Virus record (IMG/VR): IMGVR_UViG_3300017613_002552
Coordinates: 4,943 to 68,942 of that record
Source of the DNA: a virus
DNA: 64,000 nucleotides
Direction: 5' to 3' (one strand)
Shown: one piece after another, positions 48,381 through 57,240 of the stretch
Layout of the letters: the number at the start of each line of letters is the position of its first letter
How positions within the stretch are numbered: the stretch's first letter is position 1
The notes under the pieces: model-generated
Databases searched by the model: none
Told to the model about the DNA's origin: nothing
Seen by the model: the letters and a program-made list of their open reading frames with translations, nothing else
Program-made: the position numbers and the translations under genes

Positions 48381-49601
48381 ATGGTTTGCCGTATTTGTAG
48401 TGGGAGCCTAATGACCTCCCTAGACCTCGGAGAAATTTATCCTTCCGCTTTTGTAGACGGCTCTTTTCTTGGGCAACCAAAAAGGCTCACTCTGACAAGG
48501 TGCTCCGATTGCGGGATCGCGCAACTCCTCGAAACAATAGACCCAGACAGGATGTACCGAAACTACTGGTATAAGTCCAGCCTCAACAAGACAATGCTCG
48601 ACGCACTCAAGGATATTGTCGGCGGGGCACTCGAAGTGTTCAACTTCCCGCTGCACGAAAAAATGGTGGTGGTAGATATTGGCGCAAATGATGGCTCGAT
48701 GCTCTCGATGTTCCCGGACAGCTATGTGAAGATAGGATTTGACCCTGCAAAGAACCTCGCGTCTGAAGCAGATGAAAAATGCGATGTCTTCATAAACGAC
48801 TACTTCTCAGCGAGTGCCTACCCACTTAAAGTAAAAGCAGATATCATCACGGCAATCGCAATGTTCTATGATTTGGATGACCCCTATACATTTCTGCGCG
48901 ATGTCAAAGAAATTCTCGCAGAAGAAGGGGTTTTCATTGTCCAAATGACCGATCTCTTCTCCATGCTCAAGGCAAATGCCTTCGACAATATTTGCCACGA
49001 GCACCTTGTTTACTACTCACTTGAAAACATGATGAATCTGATGAATAGCATTGACCTTCGAGTGTTCGATGTGGAATACAATGAGGTAAACGGTGGCTCG
49101 CTAAGGGCTTATATCTGTCACATGGGCAGCAGTAGAAAAACTAAAGAATGTGTCAATGTTGCCCTTGCAGTGGAAGACGAATACTTGGACCTATGGCACG
49201 ATCCAATAGGAGCTTTTGCTTGCAGGGTAAACACGGCGAGAAAAGGGTTGGCCTCCTTCCTGCACTCCTCGGCAAGTGCGGGGAAGGTAATTTACGGCCT
49301 CGGAGCATCTACAAAGGGGAACACGCTGCTCCAGGCTTTCAACCTCGGCAGACCGGTTATCAGAGCGATTGCAGAAGTGAACCCCGACAAATTTGGCCTA
49401 AGAACAATTGGCAGCGATATCCCAATCATACCAGAACCACAAGCAATTGGCGATGGCCCAGATATGTTCCTCGTGCTCCCCTGGCACTTTAGGGACTTCT
49501 TTATCAAAGAATTTGGCAGCTACCTTTCGATGGGCGGATCACTCGTTTTTCCGCTCCCGACCCCACAAATAGTAACAGCGAATGGAGTATACAACCTATG
49601 A
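48381..49601 (+). CDS. NDP-sugar C-methyltransferase
   Basis: CRIC...CSDC zinc site, DIGANDG, FDNICHEH, GASTKGNTLL, LPWHF, LVFPLP. Confidence 0.9.
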   Translation: MVCRICSGSLMTSLDLGEIYPSAFVDGSFLGQPKRLTLTRCSDCGIAQLLETIDPDRMYRNYWYKSSLNKTMLDALKDIVGGALEVFNFPLHEKMVVVDIGANDGSMLSMFPDSYVKIGFDPAKNLASEADEKCDVFINDYFSASAYPLKVKADIITAIAMFYDLDDPYTFLRDVKEILAEEGVFIVQMTDLFSMLKANAFDNICHEHLVYYSLENMMNLMNSIDLRVFDVEYNEVNGGSLRAYICHMGSSRKTKECVNVALAVEDEYLDLWHDPIGAFACRVNTARKGLASFLHSSASAGKVIYGLGASTKGNTLLQAFNLGRPVIRAIAEVNPDKFGLRTIGSDIPIIPEPQAIGDGPDMFLVLPWHFRDFFIKEFGSYLSMGGSLVFPLPTPQIVTANGVYNL

Positions 49602-49831
49602 GCAGCATTGCAGAAAAGTCAACCGCAACCCTGATTGACGAACTGATCACCACGAGCATGAAGTGCTGGAACGCCCAAGAGAAGGTCGTGGCTGGCGGCG
49701 ATGACAAGGAAGTAGCAGAAGCGGCGAAAGAGGCGCAAGAAACCAACGCTCGCCGCAACAAACTAATCCGAGCCATAGATAGGCGTCTTGGTGAGGAAGA
49801 AAGGACACAACTAGGTAAAACCTATGGCTAA
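49598..49831 (+). CDS. DUF4254-like small helical protein
   Basis: LIDEL......W..QE...TNARRNKLIRAID. Confidence 0.6.
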   Translation: MSSIAEKSTATLIDELITTSMKCWNAQEKVVAGGDDKEVAEAAKEAQETNARRNKLIRAIDRRLGEEERTQLGKTYG

Positions 49832-50585
49832 ATTCGCAGTTACCCATCCAGGAAAAATTGGAGACACGCTTTTTGCCCTTCACGTCGCTCGTTCTGTATC
49901 AGAATCAAGGGGGTGCGAACCAGTTGACTTCTACACATCGTCCTACTGCACTCCGCTGAAGAGGCTCTTTGAGTACCAGGATCATATCGAGGAACTTATA
50001 GTGCCAGACGGCTATGTGATCGAGCGGATGGACATGGGGGTCCAGCCCTGGCGGATGACCGTGCCCAACAAATACGAGACTGTCTACCACCTTGGCTTCC
50101 GAAAAGTGCCCAACACTACCCTTCATTTCTTTATGGCCGACAGCATTGGAATCCAGCGACCAGAAATCTTCTACAAGTACCCAGAAGACTTTCCCGCACC
50201 AGAAGAACCATATATGATCGTTGCACCAAGGGGCGAAACAACCTTCAAGGGGCTCTTCTATGACGTAATCGCAAAGTCCCCAATCAAAACAGTACAGATC
50301 GGCGGCAAATGGGAGTTCATTGGCGGCGGGGAAAAGACTATCGATATGACAGGTACGGACTTTCTCGAAACAGCAACCCTCCTAGCCCACGCAACTGCCT
50401 TCGTTGGCCTCATGTCTAGCCAGCTTGTTTTGGCGAATGGGTTTGACATACCAAAGGTTGCCCCACACGATGGACGCTCATGGGATATGACTCATGTGGC
50501 TTACTCGCCAACAAACTTCTACCCTGTCAATCCAACAGCAGAGCAAGTCATCGAGATTGCAATGAGCAGGAGCGAAGAAGGATGA
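49824..50585 (+). CDS. GT9 (heptosyltransferase-like) glycosyltransferase
   Basis: GKIGDTL, VQIGG, DMTG.DFLETA.LL..A..FVG.MS. Confidence 0.75.
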   Translation: MAKFAVTHPGKIGDTLFALHVARSVSESRGCEPVDFYTSSYCTPLKRLFEYQDHIEELIVPDGYVIERMDMGVQPWRMTVPNKYETVYHLGFRKVPNTTLHFFMADSIGIQRPEIFYKYPEDFPAPEEPYMIVAPRGETTFKGLFYDVIAKSPIKTVQIGGKWEFIGGGEKTIDMTGTDFLETATLLAHATAFVGLMSSQLVLANGFDIPKVAPHDGRSWDMTHVAYSPTNFYPVNPTAEQVIEIAMSRSEEG

Positions 50586-51310
50586 TCTATTCAAAAACGC
50601 TGCACCCAATGGACTATGATTATCTTACAGTTGAAAAAATGAAGCTGGCAGAGGTCGGAAGAATGCTTGGAACTGTGCAGCACCGATTTGAACACAAGCA
50701 CCGGGCGTGGGAATACGGGATGGTCATGTCGGCAATTTCTCAAGTGGAGGGAGAGCGCATCCTAGATGTCGGCGGAGGAGGTTCTGTCTTCGCCGTCGCC
50801 GAGGCAGGCAGGGGCTACAATACTGTCCAGGTTGATCCTGGCGATGTTGGCTCCTGGATAGAAAGGCAATCCTCGCTCCTGACAGACCCATCAACTCTAA
50901 GGCATATCCAAAAAGACTTCATGGCGCTCAATGCTGAAGAACTCGAATGGAAACCGGACTTTGTTACTTGTATATCTGTACTGGAGCACGTACCAGATGA
51001 TACCCCTTTCTTCCTGAAGCTCCTTGATTTCGTTAGCGATGGAGGGCTCTTGGCCCTAACTGTTGATTTCCATCCATCCGGCGAGAGCATGGTTGGTGGA
51101 CACATACGAACCTACAACCAAGAAGCTCTCTACAGAATGTATCAACTCGCCAAAGAGCGCGGCTTTGAGTGGTTTGTAACAAAGCCGCGCCATCTACTCG
51201 AAGATCGGAGCAGAGAGAAATTTGACTACGCCTACTTTGACACCCACGTCAACAACTACAATTTCGCCTCACTCATCTTACGAAGGGAAACTTCATCGGA
51301 GAAAAAGTGA
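50582..51310 (+). CDS. class I SAM-dependent methyltransferase
   Basis: RAWEY, ILDVGGGGS, CISVLEHV, GGLLALTVDF; ATGA overlap. Confidence 0.85.
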   Translation: MIYSKTLHPMDYDYLTVEKMKLAEVGRMLGTVQHRFEHKHRAWEYGMVMSAISQVEGERILDVGGGGSVFAVAEAGRGYNTVQVDPGDVGSWIERQSSLLTDPSTLRHIQKDFMALNAEELEWKPDFVTCISVLEHVPDDTPFFLKLLDFVSDGGLLALTVDFHPSGESMVGGHIRTYNQEALYRMYQLAKERGFEWFVTKPRHLLEDRSREKFDYAYFDTHVNNYNFASLILRRETSSEKK

Positions 51311-51315
51311 ATAAT
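51288..51315 (+). promoter_or_regulatory. candidate ECF/phage-sigma promoter AAACTT-N14-TGAATAAT (copy 2)
   Basis: Same boxes and spacing as 4211 and 60565. Confidence 0.5.
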
Positions 51316-51368
51316 AGGGTAGTAGGAGGAAATGAAAACAAAACAGCCAATGCTTTGTAATGACACCC

Positions 51369-51397
51369 TTGACACCTAGTATCTATGGTGGTATAAT
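51369..51397 (+). promoter_or_regulatory. perfect consensus promoter TTGACA-N17-TATAAT with extended TG
   Basis: Read directly. Confidence 0.85.
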
Positions 51398-51403
51398 GTA
51401 GGC

Positions 51404-51474
51404 ACTCCTTTCTCCTCCTTGTGAGGAATGGCGGCGGGTACTTGCATGGTGTTCCCGCCGCCAGTTTTTCTTTT
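51404..51474 (+). ncRNA. candidate small RNA 2 (~70 nt, anti-SD 5' end)
   Basis: Consensus promoter, ACTCCTTTCTCCTCCTT, stem TGGCGGCGGG/CCCGCCGCCA plus T run. Confidence 0.6.
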
Positions 51475-51488
51475 GATTTCTCAGGAGA

Positions 51489-51824
51489 TTGAAGATGCGC
51501 CGTTCCCAAACGGCCAATAGAATACAGCGAAAGAATCGGCCTTCTCATCAGGTTGGTTGTACTGTTGGCGCTTCGCTGGCCGCCAATGGTCTTGGGAGCC
51601 AGCCTGTTGAGAGTGCCGATTTTTCGCATCTTGTGAACTGGATCAACAAAGAAAAGGAAGAGCCACCTTGGAATACTCGCCGACTGTTATGGTTCTGGGA
51701 TGGCAGCCTTGCACACCTTGGGCACTACTTTGGATACGGTGTGTGGTTTGGTAGTACAAAAACATTCAGCACTTTCACTCATTGGGCAGAGGTAGGGCAA
51801 CCAAGTCCGCCCACTACAGAATAA
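51489..51824 (+). CDS. hypothetical protein
   Basis: AGGAG SD; start TTG 51489 or ATG 51495. Confidence 0.5.
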   Translation: MKMRRSQTANRIQRKNRPSHQVGCTVGASLAANGLGSQPVESADFSHLVNWINKEKEEPPWNTRRLLWFWDGSLAHLGHYFGYGVWFGSTKTFSTFTHWAEVGQPSPPTTE

Positions 51825-51833
51825 GGAGGTACT

Positions 51834-52412
51834 ATGTTCTACGATTTGAATGGCGTGGAGATGGACCAAGAAGAAGTACTCAGGATGTTCAAGGTGCAAG
51901 AAATTGATCAGAATGAAGATGCCAAGTTCAGAGTCCTCCGCCTGGACTGGGAAAGAGGCACCGAGCCTGTCTTCACCGTGACAGTCATTGACAAAAACGG
52001 GGAGCCACTACCAAATATCGAGGCTGGCGTCCGTGCAGGACAAGGAAATCAAGTAGCACGCTTCAAAAAGACTGGCGATGATGGCAAAGCTAAATTTCCG
52101 ATGAGTAAAGACTTTCGCTACTCAGCATTTGATCAGAGAGGGACCGGCGCGGTTGGGATAAGAACCTCCCCCTCAGAAACCTACAAGTCTGTTGGGTACG
52201 TCATGATTAAACCAAAAGGATCGCCCCAACGCTGGTTCAACATTACATTCCAGCAAGTCGGAGATAGCCCACCGGAACCTCCCCCAATAGAACCTCCTCC
52301 AATAGAACCTCCTCCAGAAGATAACTGGTCCATGCTCCTTGCAAAGCTCGATCACATTATCACGCTTGTAGAAGAGCTTGTAGAAGAGCTTGTAGAAGAG
52401 CAGTGCGATTAA
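51834..52412 (+). CDS. Ig-like/beta-sandwich protein with Pro-rich linker
   Basis: VTVIDKNGEPLPNI...TGDDGKAKF; PPIE repeats; AAGGAGGT SD. Confidence 0.65.
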   Translation: MFYDLNGVEMDQEEVLRMFKVQEIDQNEDAKFRVLRLDWERGTEPVFTVTVIDKNGEPLPNIEAGVRAGQGNQVARFKKTGDDGKAKFPMSKDFRYSAFDQRGTGAVGIRTSPSETYKSVGYVMIKPKGSPQRWFNITFQQVGDSPPEPPPIEPPPIEPPPEDNWSMLLAKLDHIITLVEELVEELVEEQCD

Positions 52413-52448
52413 CAACATTTGTCAGTGCTGCCAGAACAGAGAGGTAAC

Positions 52449-52901
52449 ATGACTGCCACAGATGTCTTTCATATCCTAGCCAAGAGATTCTGTTTACCTG
52501 AATGGGCTCTCCTTTATGAGGTTCGCCTTGGCACCGGGTATGTCAGGCCGTGGCGCAATGAAAACTTTGAACAGCGCATGGATGCTTTTGCAATCAACTG
52601 TTACCCATCCAAGGATCTCGTTCGCATTGCATTTGAAATCAAGGTTTCGAGATCTGATTATCTGCGAGAGATCCGGAATCCTCAGAAGCGACAGGGGGCA
52701 CTAGAGTTGAGCAATCAGTTCTATATTGTTGCTCCGCCAGGCATTGTCAGGGATGACCTACCCGACGATTGCGGGTACATAGAAGTCACGGACAAGGCCA
52801 GAGTAAAGATTCCCGCTCCCACGCGAGACATACCCGATCCACCGATGCGCTTTGTAGCATCGCTGGTAAGACATGCCTTGCAGGTCAAACAGACTGCATA
52901 A
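52449..52901 (+). CDS. MmcB-like PD-(D/E)XK nuclease
   Basis: RMDAFA....FEIKVSRSDY..E...P.K....NQFY....LP...G. Confidence 0.75.
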   Translation: MTATDVFHILAKRFCLPEWALLYEVRLGTGYVRPWRNENFEQRMDAFAINCYPSKDLVRIAFEIKVSRSDYLREIRNPQKRQGALELSNQFYIVAPPGIVRDDLPDDCGYIEVTDKARVKIPAPTRDIPDPPMRFVASLVRHALQVKQTA

Positions 52902-52922
52902 TAACCAAATTAAGGAGGAAAC

Positions 52923-53129
52923 ATGGGGCAACCAATGTCATTTAAGAAAAAGCTGGCTCGTTGGATAGCAAACCATCTACCGAGCCGCGTAGTCTATTTC
53001 GCCGTCGTTCGTGCCTGGAACGAGGCGACAACTGGACGCTGGTCAGATACCGACGCAACAGAAATCACGGTATCTGAAACGCTGTCCAGGTTACACGTCA
53101 TCATTCGAGATGGGCAGGATACACAATAA
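52923..53129 (+). CDS. hypothetical protein
   Basis: AAGGAGG SD. Confidence 0.7.
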   Translation: MGQPMSFKKKLARWIANHLPSRVVYFAVVRAWNEATTGRWSDTDATEITVSETLSRLHVIIRDGQDTQ

Positions 53130-53164
53130 CCATTATTGACACCGGGAGAAAAAGGAGGTAAGAA

Positions 53165-53512
53165 ATGAGCTTCCAGAAGGTGGAACAGAAACAGTTTTCG
53201 ATGTGGACCAATGAAACAGATTGGGTGATCGCTTCTTCTAGGGAAGAAGCCCAGAAAGTACTTGCAGAACAGTACGGTTACGATTCCATTGAGAATTATT
53301 CCGCAGATTATCCCTCTGAAGATATGACCGTTCTGGATATGGAAGAACATTTCAGAATGTGTGAAACAGACGGCGTTTGGTCATACGAATTGAAACGATC
53401 CGGCAACATATCAACCCCAGAAAGGTCATGGGTTTCCATTACTGCGCGTGTAAGCCACTGGATTGATCACTTCGGACACAAACCAAAGTTCGTGGCATCA
53501 ACTGAGTGGTAG
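53165..53512 (+). CDS. hypothetical protein
   Basis: AAGGAGGT SD. Confidence 0.7.
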   Translation: MSFQKVEQKQFSMWTNETDWVIASSREEAQKVLAEQYGYDSIENYSADYPSEDMTVLDMEEHFRMCETDGVWSYELKRSGNISTPERSWVSITARVSHWIDHFGHKPKFVASTEW

Positions 53513-53575
53513 TAAGGCAGGGCGGCCATTGACAAACGTAATGAGGCAGGCTAATTAGTGTTATAAGGAGGTACT

Positions 53576-53716
53576 GTGTCAATCTTTTTCGATATACTTG
53601 ACCGCCGTTATCGTTATTTGGGGATTCTCACTGAGCCAGACGCCATAGGCAATAAATTAATCTGTTTTGGATTCTGGTGGTTCCACATCTACATAGATAC
53701 CGGCGATAAATATTAA
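53576..53716 (+). CDS. 46-aa hypothetical protein (not in ORF track)
   Basis: ATAAGGAGGTACT leader identical to that of 51834; GTG start. Confidence 0.45.
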   Translation: MSIFFDILDRRYRYLGILTEPDAIGNKLICFGFWWFHIYIDTGDKY

Positions 53717-53748
53717 GCCAGTCAAGCGACCAGCAGAAAGAGGATAAA

Positions 53749-53952
53749 GTGCAAAAACGAATTGAACTATTAGTCAAGCTGTTGGAATCAGAGGCAAAAT
53801 CTGACAAGTTTATCGCAAGGGCTTGGAAGGCAGAAGGCTCTGCCCCCGGCGAGAGCCCGGAAGACCGCGAAAGCGAAATTGGATTCAAAGAAGGGGTCGC
53901 TCACGGGCTGGCTCACGCCTCTGCCCTCATTGAAGAATACCTACTCGATTAA
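53749..53952 (+). CDS. hypothetical protein
   Basis: GAGGA SD, GTG start. Confidence 0.6.
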   Translation: MQKRIELLVKLLESEAKSDKFIARAWKAEGSAPGESPEDRESEIGFKEGVAHGLAHASALIEEYLLD

Positions 53953-53984
53953 CACGACCAACAAGCAAGGAGACGAAGAAGAGA

Positions 53985-54941
53985 ATGGAGTCTTTTAGCT
54001 TTACATGGGGCGGCGAGATGGAGGGCCTTGGTCACGTCCAGGTCTTCCGCTTCATGCTCTCAACATACGCCAGGCTTGGAATCACAAGACAGGAAATGCT
54101 TTGCATAATTCACCTTGCGAGCTATCACTACAACTCCGCAACTGGAAAGAGTAAACCATCTCGCAGATCGATTGCCGATGAAATGGGTTACGGCAGCGAG
54201 GCGCGGATCAGTGAACTAACCAAGAGCCTCGAAAAAAAGGGAATGCTCGAAATAACGAGACGTTCCGGCGCGAGAAGTATCTACGATGGTTCCCCATTCG
54301 CAAAAAGAGCGTTTGCGCTATGGAAAAAAGACCCCTACGGAAAAGCGGACCCCTCCGTAAAACCGGATGGGACCCCTACGGAAAAGCGTACGGGACCCCT
54401 CCGCAAAAGCGTACACGAAGAAGAAGAAAAGAAGAAGAAAGAAGAAGAGGCTCCCCCCTCTTTTCAGGAAGACTTTCACATTCAAGTTTACTTCAAAGAT
54501 AAGTCCGTAGACTCTATGGGCAAGGTCACATCTCCTCCGTGGTCCGTCGAGTGCCAGGAGTGTGGATCAGCGGTAAGAATAAACGCACTCGATACAGAAA
54601 AAGAATGTTTCGCCTGCGGTATTCATTCCTACTCCCTGACAAAACACAGACCAAAGGCTAAAGTGACAGTTCACCCCGCCGTTCTTGCGTACAGAAAGAA
54701 AGCTGGCAAAACACCAAATCCAGAACAGATCGCACTCATTGAGCAAACAGTGACCGATGTCCAATTTTGGACTGAGGTTGTTTCGGGATACTTGGCGGCG
54801 GGTTGGTATGCAGGGAGCGTAGACACCATGCTCGAATACTACGACCGCAGAGAAATACCGAAGAGGGGCGGCAAAAAGAAGGAACCAAAGAAATCACCGA
54901 TTGTGAAGGAAGGCAACGTTCACATAATCAAAACAGGATAA
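53985..54941 (+). CDS. replication initiator (N-terminal HTH, internal iterons, zinc ribbon)
   Basis: PSRRSIADEMG...LEKKGML; upstream of helicase and primase. Confidence 0.8.
   Translation: MESFSFTWGGEMEGLGHVQVFRFMLSTYARLGITRQEMLCIIHLASYHYNSATGKSKPSRRSIADEMGYGSEARISELTKSLEKKGMLEITRRSGARSIYDGSPFAKRAFALWKKDPYGKADPSVKPDGTPTEKRTGPLRKSVHEEEEKKKKEEEAPPSFQEDFHIQVYFKDKSVDSMGKVTSPPWSVECQECGSAVRINALDTEKECFACGIHSYSLTKHRPKAKVTVHPAVLAYRKKAGKTPNPEQIALIEQTVTDVQFWTEVVSGYLAAGWYAGSVDTMLEYYDRREIPKRGGKKKEPKKSPIVKEGNVHIIKTG
54330..54450. repeat. putative replication origin: four 18-bp iterons followed by a purine-rich tract
   Basis: GACCCCTACGGAAAAGCG (54330, 54371), GACCCCTCCGTAAAACCG (54348), GACCCCTCCGCAAAAGCG (54394). 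Confidence 0.8.
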
Positions 54942-54950
54942 GGAGAAGGA

Positions 54951-55970
54951 ATGAGTACATTTCAAATCCAAGATATCATCTATACATCTGATCAATTAGC
55001 AACGCAACACGTTCTGAACGCAGAAAAAATTCAGAGTGAGCCCGGAATCACGTGGGGCATCGACGCCATAGATGCCCGTGCGCGTGGGGGAGTATTGCCA
55101 ATGCGCGGCGGGGATGTGGCACTGATCGTTGGTCGCCCAGGAGACGGAAAAAGCACGATCCTCTCTTACCTTGCCATGAATGAAGCAATGAAAATCATGG
55201 AAGCAGGTCTGGACCAAAAAGAGACCGTCATCTACGCTACCTGGGAAGGCACAGTTGATATGATCTATGGCTCTATCATGTCTAGTGTGAGTATGCAGAA
55301 CGGCAACAATGGATACACAAGTTCAGATTTTTATTGGGGCGAAGTGGACCTTGGCGTCGTACAGGCAAACGTAGCTATTCATGGAATTCTCCCAATCACC
55401 ATGATAGGCTTTTCTACATTCAGAAAAAACCCAAGTATTAGGCTCACGCTCGATGTTCTCCTTGGCGCAATCCGAGCCATCCAGCAAGGAAAAGGCATAG
55501 CGAAAAGGAAAGTCACAATGGTTTGTGCCGACTACCTGCAACTTATTCCGTGCGCCGACAATGTTGAGCGCACAACACAGGTCTCCAGAGCAATTGAGGG
55601 TGCAAAGCTTGTTGGAATAGATATAGATGCACCCTTCTACCTGGGCGCACAGGCGCACAGGCGCGTAGATGACTATGGCGTGAAACTGGCAAGGATGAAC
55701 GATGTTCAGTGGTCTTCCCAGGCAGAGCAGCACACAGATAAACAGTTTTCCATTTGGAGGCCCTGGAGAACCGAGGATGTTCCACAAGTTACGGCGAATG
55801 AGGCCGTTCAGATTGAAGTGCATGGGAGAAGGTACGATCTGACTCAGCAGCTACTCTTTATGGAAATGCTGAAACAGCGCGGAGATAGCGGACGACATCT
55901 TTGGGCACTCTACCTTCGCCCAGAGCTTCTGCGTCTCGCAGAATTCGAGATCGACATTGAGGAGGTATGA
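54951..55970 (+). CDS. dnaB: DnaB-family replicative helicase (C-terminal domain only)
   Basis: GRPGDGKS, ADYLQLI, AQAHR, SSQAEQHTD, KQRG. Confidence 0.88.
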   Translation: MSTFQIQDIIYTSDQLATQHVLNAEKIQSEPGITWGIDAIDARARGGVLPMRGGDVALIVGRPGDGKSTILSYLAMNEAMKIMEAGLDQKETVIYATWEGTVDMIYGSIMSSVSMQNGNNGYTSSDFYWGEVDLGVVQANVAIHGILPITMIGFSTFRKNPSIRLTLDVLLGAIRAIQQGKGIAKRKVTMVCADYLQLIPCADNVERTTQVSRAIEGAKLVGIDIDAPFYLGAQAHRRVDDYGVKLARMNDVQWSSQAEQHTDKQFSIWRPWRTEDVPQVTANEAVQIEVHGRRYDLTQQLLFMEMLKQRGDSGRHLWALYLRPELLRLAEFEIDIEEV

Positions 55971-56896
55971 CGGTGATTGATGCAGTTGAAATTGCAGCGA
56001 GGCACTTTCAGGTCAATTTCATCCCAGATGGCAGAGGGGAATTCAGGAGCGACGGCGGTTGCCCCTGGTGTGGGGATGGCGGCAAGGGGCGACACTCACG
56101 CCGGTTTAAGTTGTTTGTCAACGGCAGATCAGGGCCAAGGGTTTGGTGCCGCTCCTGCGGCAAGAAAGCATTCATTGACTCCTTAGATAAACAGAAGCCC
56201 CTCACAGCAGAGGAACGGCTCGTTCTCAAAAAAGCAGCAGAAGAACGGCGAGCGAGGGAGCTTGCTGACCAAATAGATGCGCTTGAACGAATCAAGTCAA
56301 TGGACGTTCATCTTCGTTATCACGAGGCGTTGACGCCAAGTGCCTATGAGTACTGGATAACGCAGGGCATCTCCCCAAGCTCCATGAATCACTATAAACT
56401 TGGGTTTTGCGACAAGTGCCCAACAGCGCCTTACTCCTCATCTCACACGATCCCCGTTGTGTGGCGCGACGAGTTGTGGAACGTCAGGCATGTTCTGACG
56501 AACCCAAACGGACAAGGGAAGTACCGGCCACAAATGGGAGGGCTGCCCATTACACTCTTCAACGCCGATATGCTTGACATCGGCGGGGAAGAGTGTATGC
56601 TTGTAGAGGGGGAAAAGAAGGCAATGGTAGTCCAGGAGAGGACAGGAATCCCCACAATTGGAACGATGGGCAAGCAGGTTTTTCTCCCTCACTGGACCAA
56701 GTACTTCGATGACTACAAAACTGTATACGTTGCCTTCGATCCAGATGCCTACGAGGAGGGTTTAAGGGTTGCGTCTCTCCTGAATGGCAAATCGAGACTC
56801 GCTTCAATCCCTGTGAAGCCGGACGACTTTTTTGTCTTGCACGGCGGGACCGTGGATGGATTCAGAAAGTTCCTCGATCTCGCTAGACCGGTATGA
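55967..56896 (+). CDS. DNA primase (zinc finger + TOPRIM)
   Basis: CPWC...CRSC; VEGEKKA; AFDPD. Confidence 0.85.
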   Translation: MTVIDAVEIAARHFQVNFIPDGRGEFRSDGGCPWCGDGGKGRHSRRFKLFVNGRSGPRVWCRSCGKKAFIDSLDKQKPLTAEERLVLKKAAEERRARELADQIDALERIKSMDVHLRYHEALTPSAYEYWITQGISPSSMNHYKLGFCDKCPTAPYSSSHTIPVVWRDELWNVRHVLTNPNGQGKYRPQMGGLPITLFNADMLDIGGEECMLVEGEKKAMVVQERTGIPTIGTMGKQVFLPHWTKYFDDYKTVYVAFDPDAYEEGLRVASLLNGKSRLASIPVKPDDFFVLHGGTVDGFRKFLDLARPV

Positions 56897-57240
56897 AATC
56901 GAGGCCAGTAGAGCTTAAAAGTACAACTACAGAGATACAAACGCCATCCGGCGATATCTTTGTCACGCTCGGTTATAGGAGCGAGGAATTATTTGAAATC
57001 ATTGTCAACGGCGGAAAGAGGGGGTCTGAAGTCTATGCCTTTACCGAGGCGCTGTGCAGGCTAATGAACATAATTTTGAGACTAGAGGGCCATGAAGATA
57101 GTACCGAGAGAGTTTGGGAGATCGTAGGGCAGTTAGGTGGTATCGGCGGCTCGCGTCAGTTTGCGCTTGGCGACGATGGCCCAAGGTCTCTACCAGATGC
57201 CATAGCAATACTGCTAGAAAAGAAGGTTCAAAATGGATGA
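56893..57240 (+). CDS. stand-alone TSCPD domain (class II ribonucleotide reductase C-terminal part)
   Basis: TPSGDIFVT...FEI....KRGS....EALCRL....QLGGIG....SLPDAIA. Confidence 0.75.
   Translation: MKSRPVELKSTTTEIQTPSGDIFVTLGYRSEELFEIIVNGGKRGSEVYAFTEALCRLMNIILRLEGHEDSTERVWEIVGQLGGIGGSRQFALGDDGPRSLPDAIAILLEKKVQNG

Noticed and set aside
52266-52400. 15-bp and 12-bp tandem repeats
   Set aside because: In-frame low-complexity PPIE and EELV peptide repeats
54330-54411. 18-bp repeats as a CRISPR array
   Set aside because: Spacers only 0-5 nt; location inside an initiator gene fits iterons
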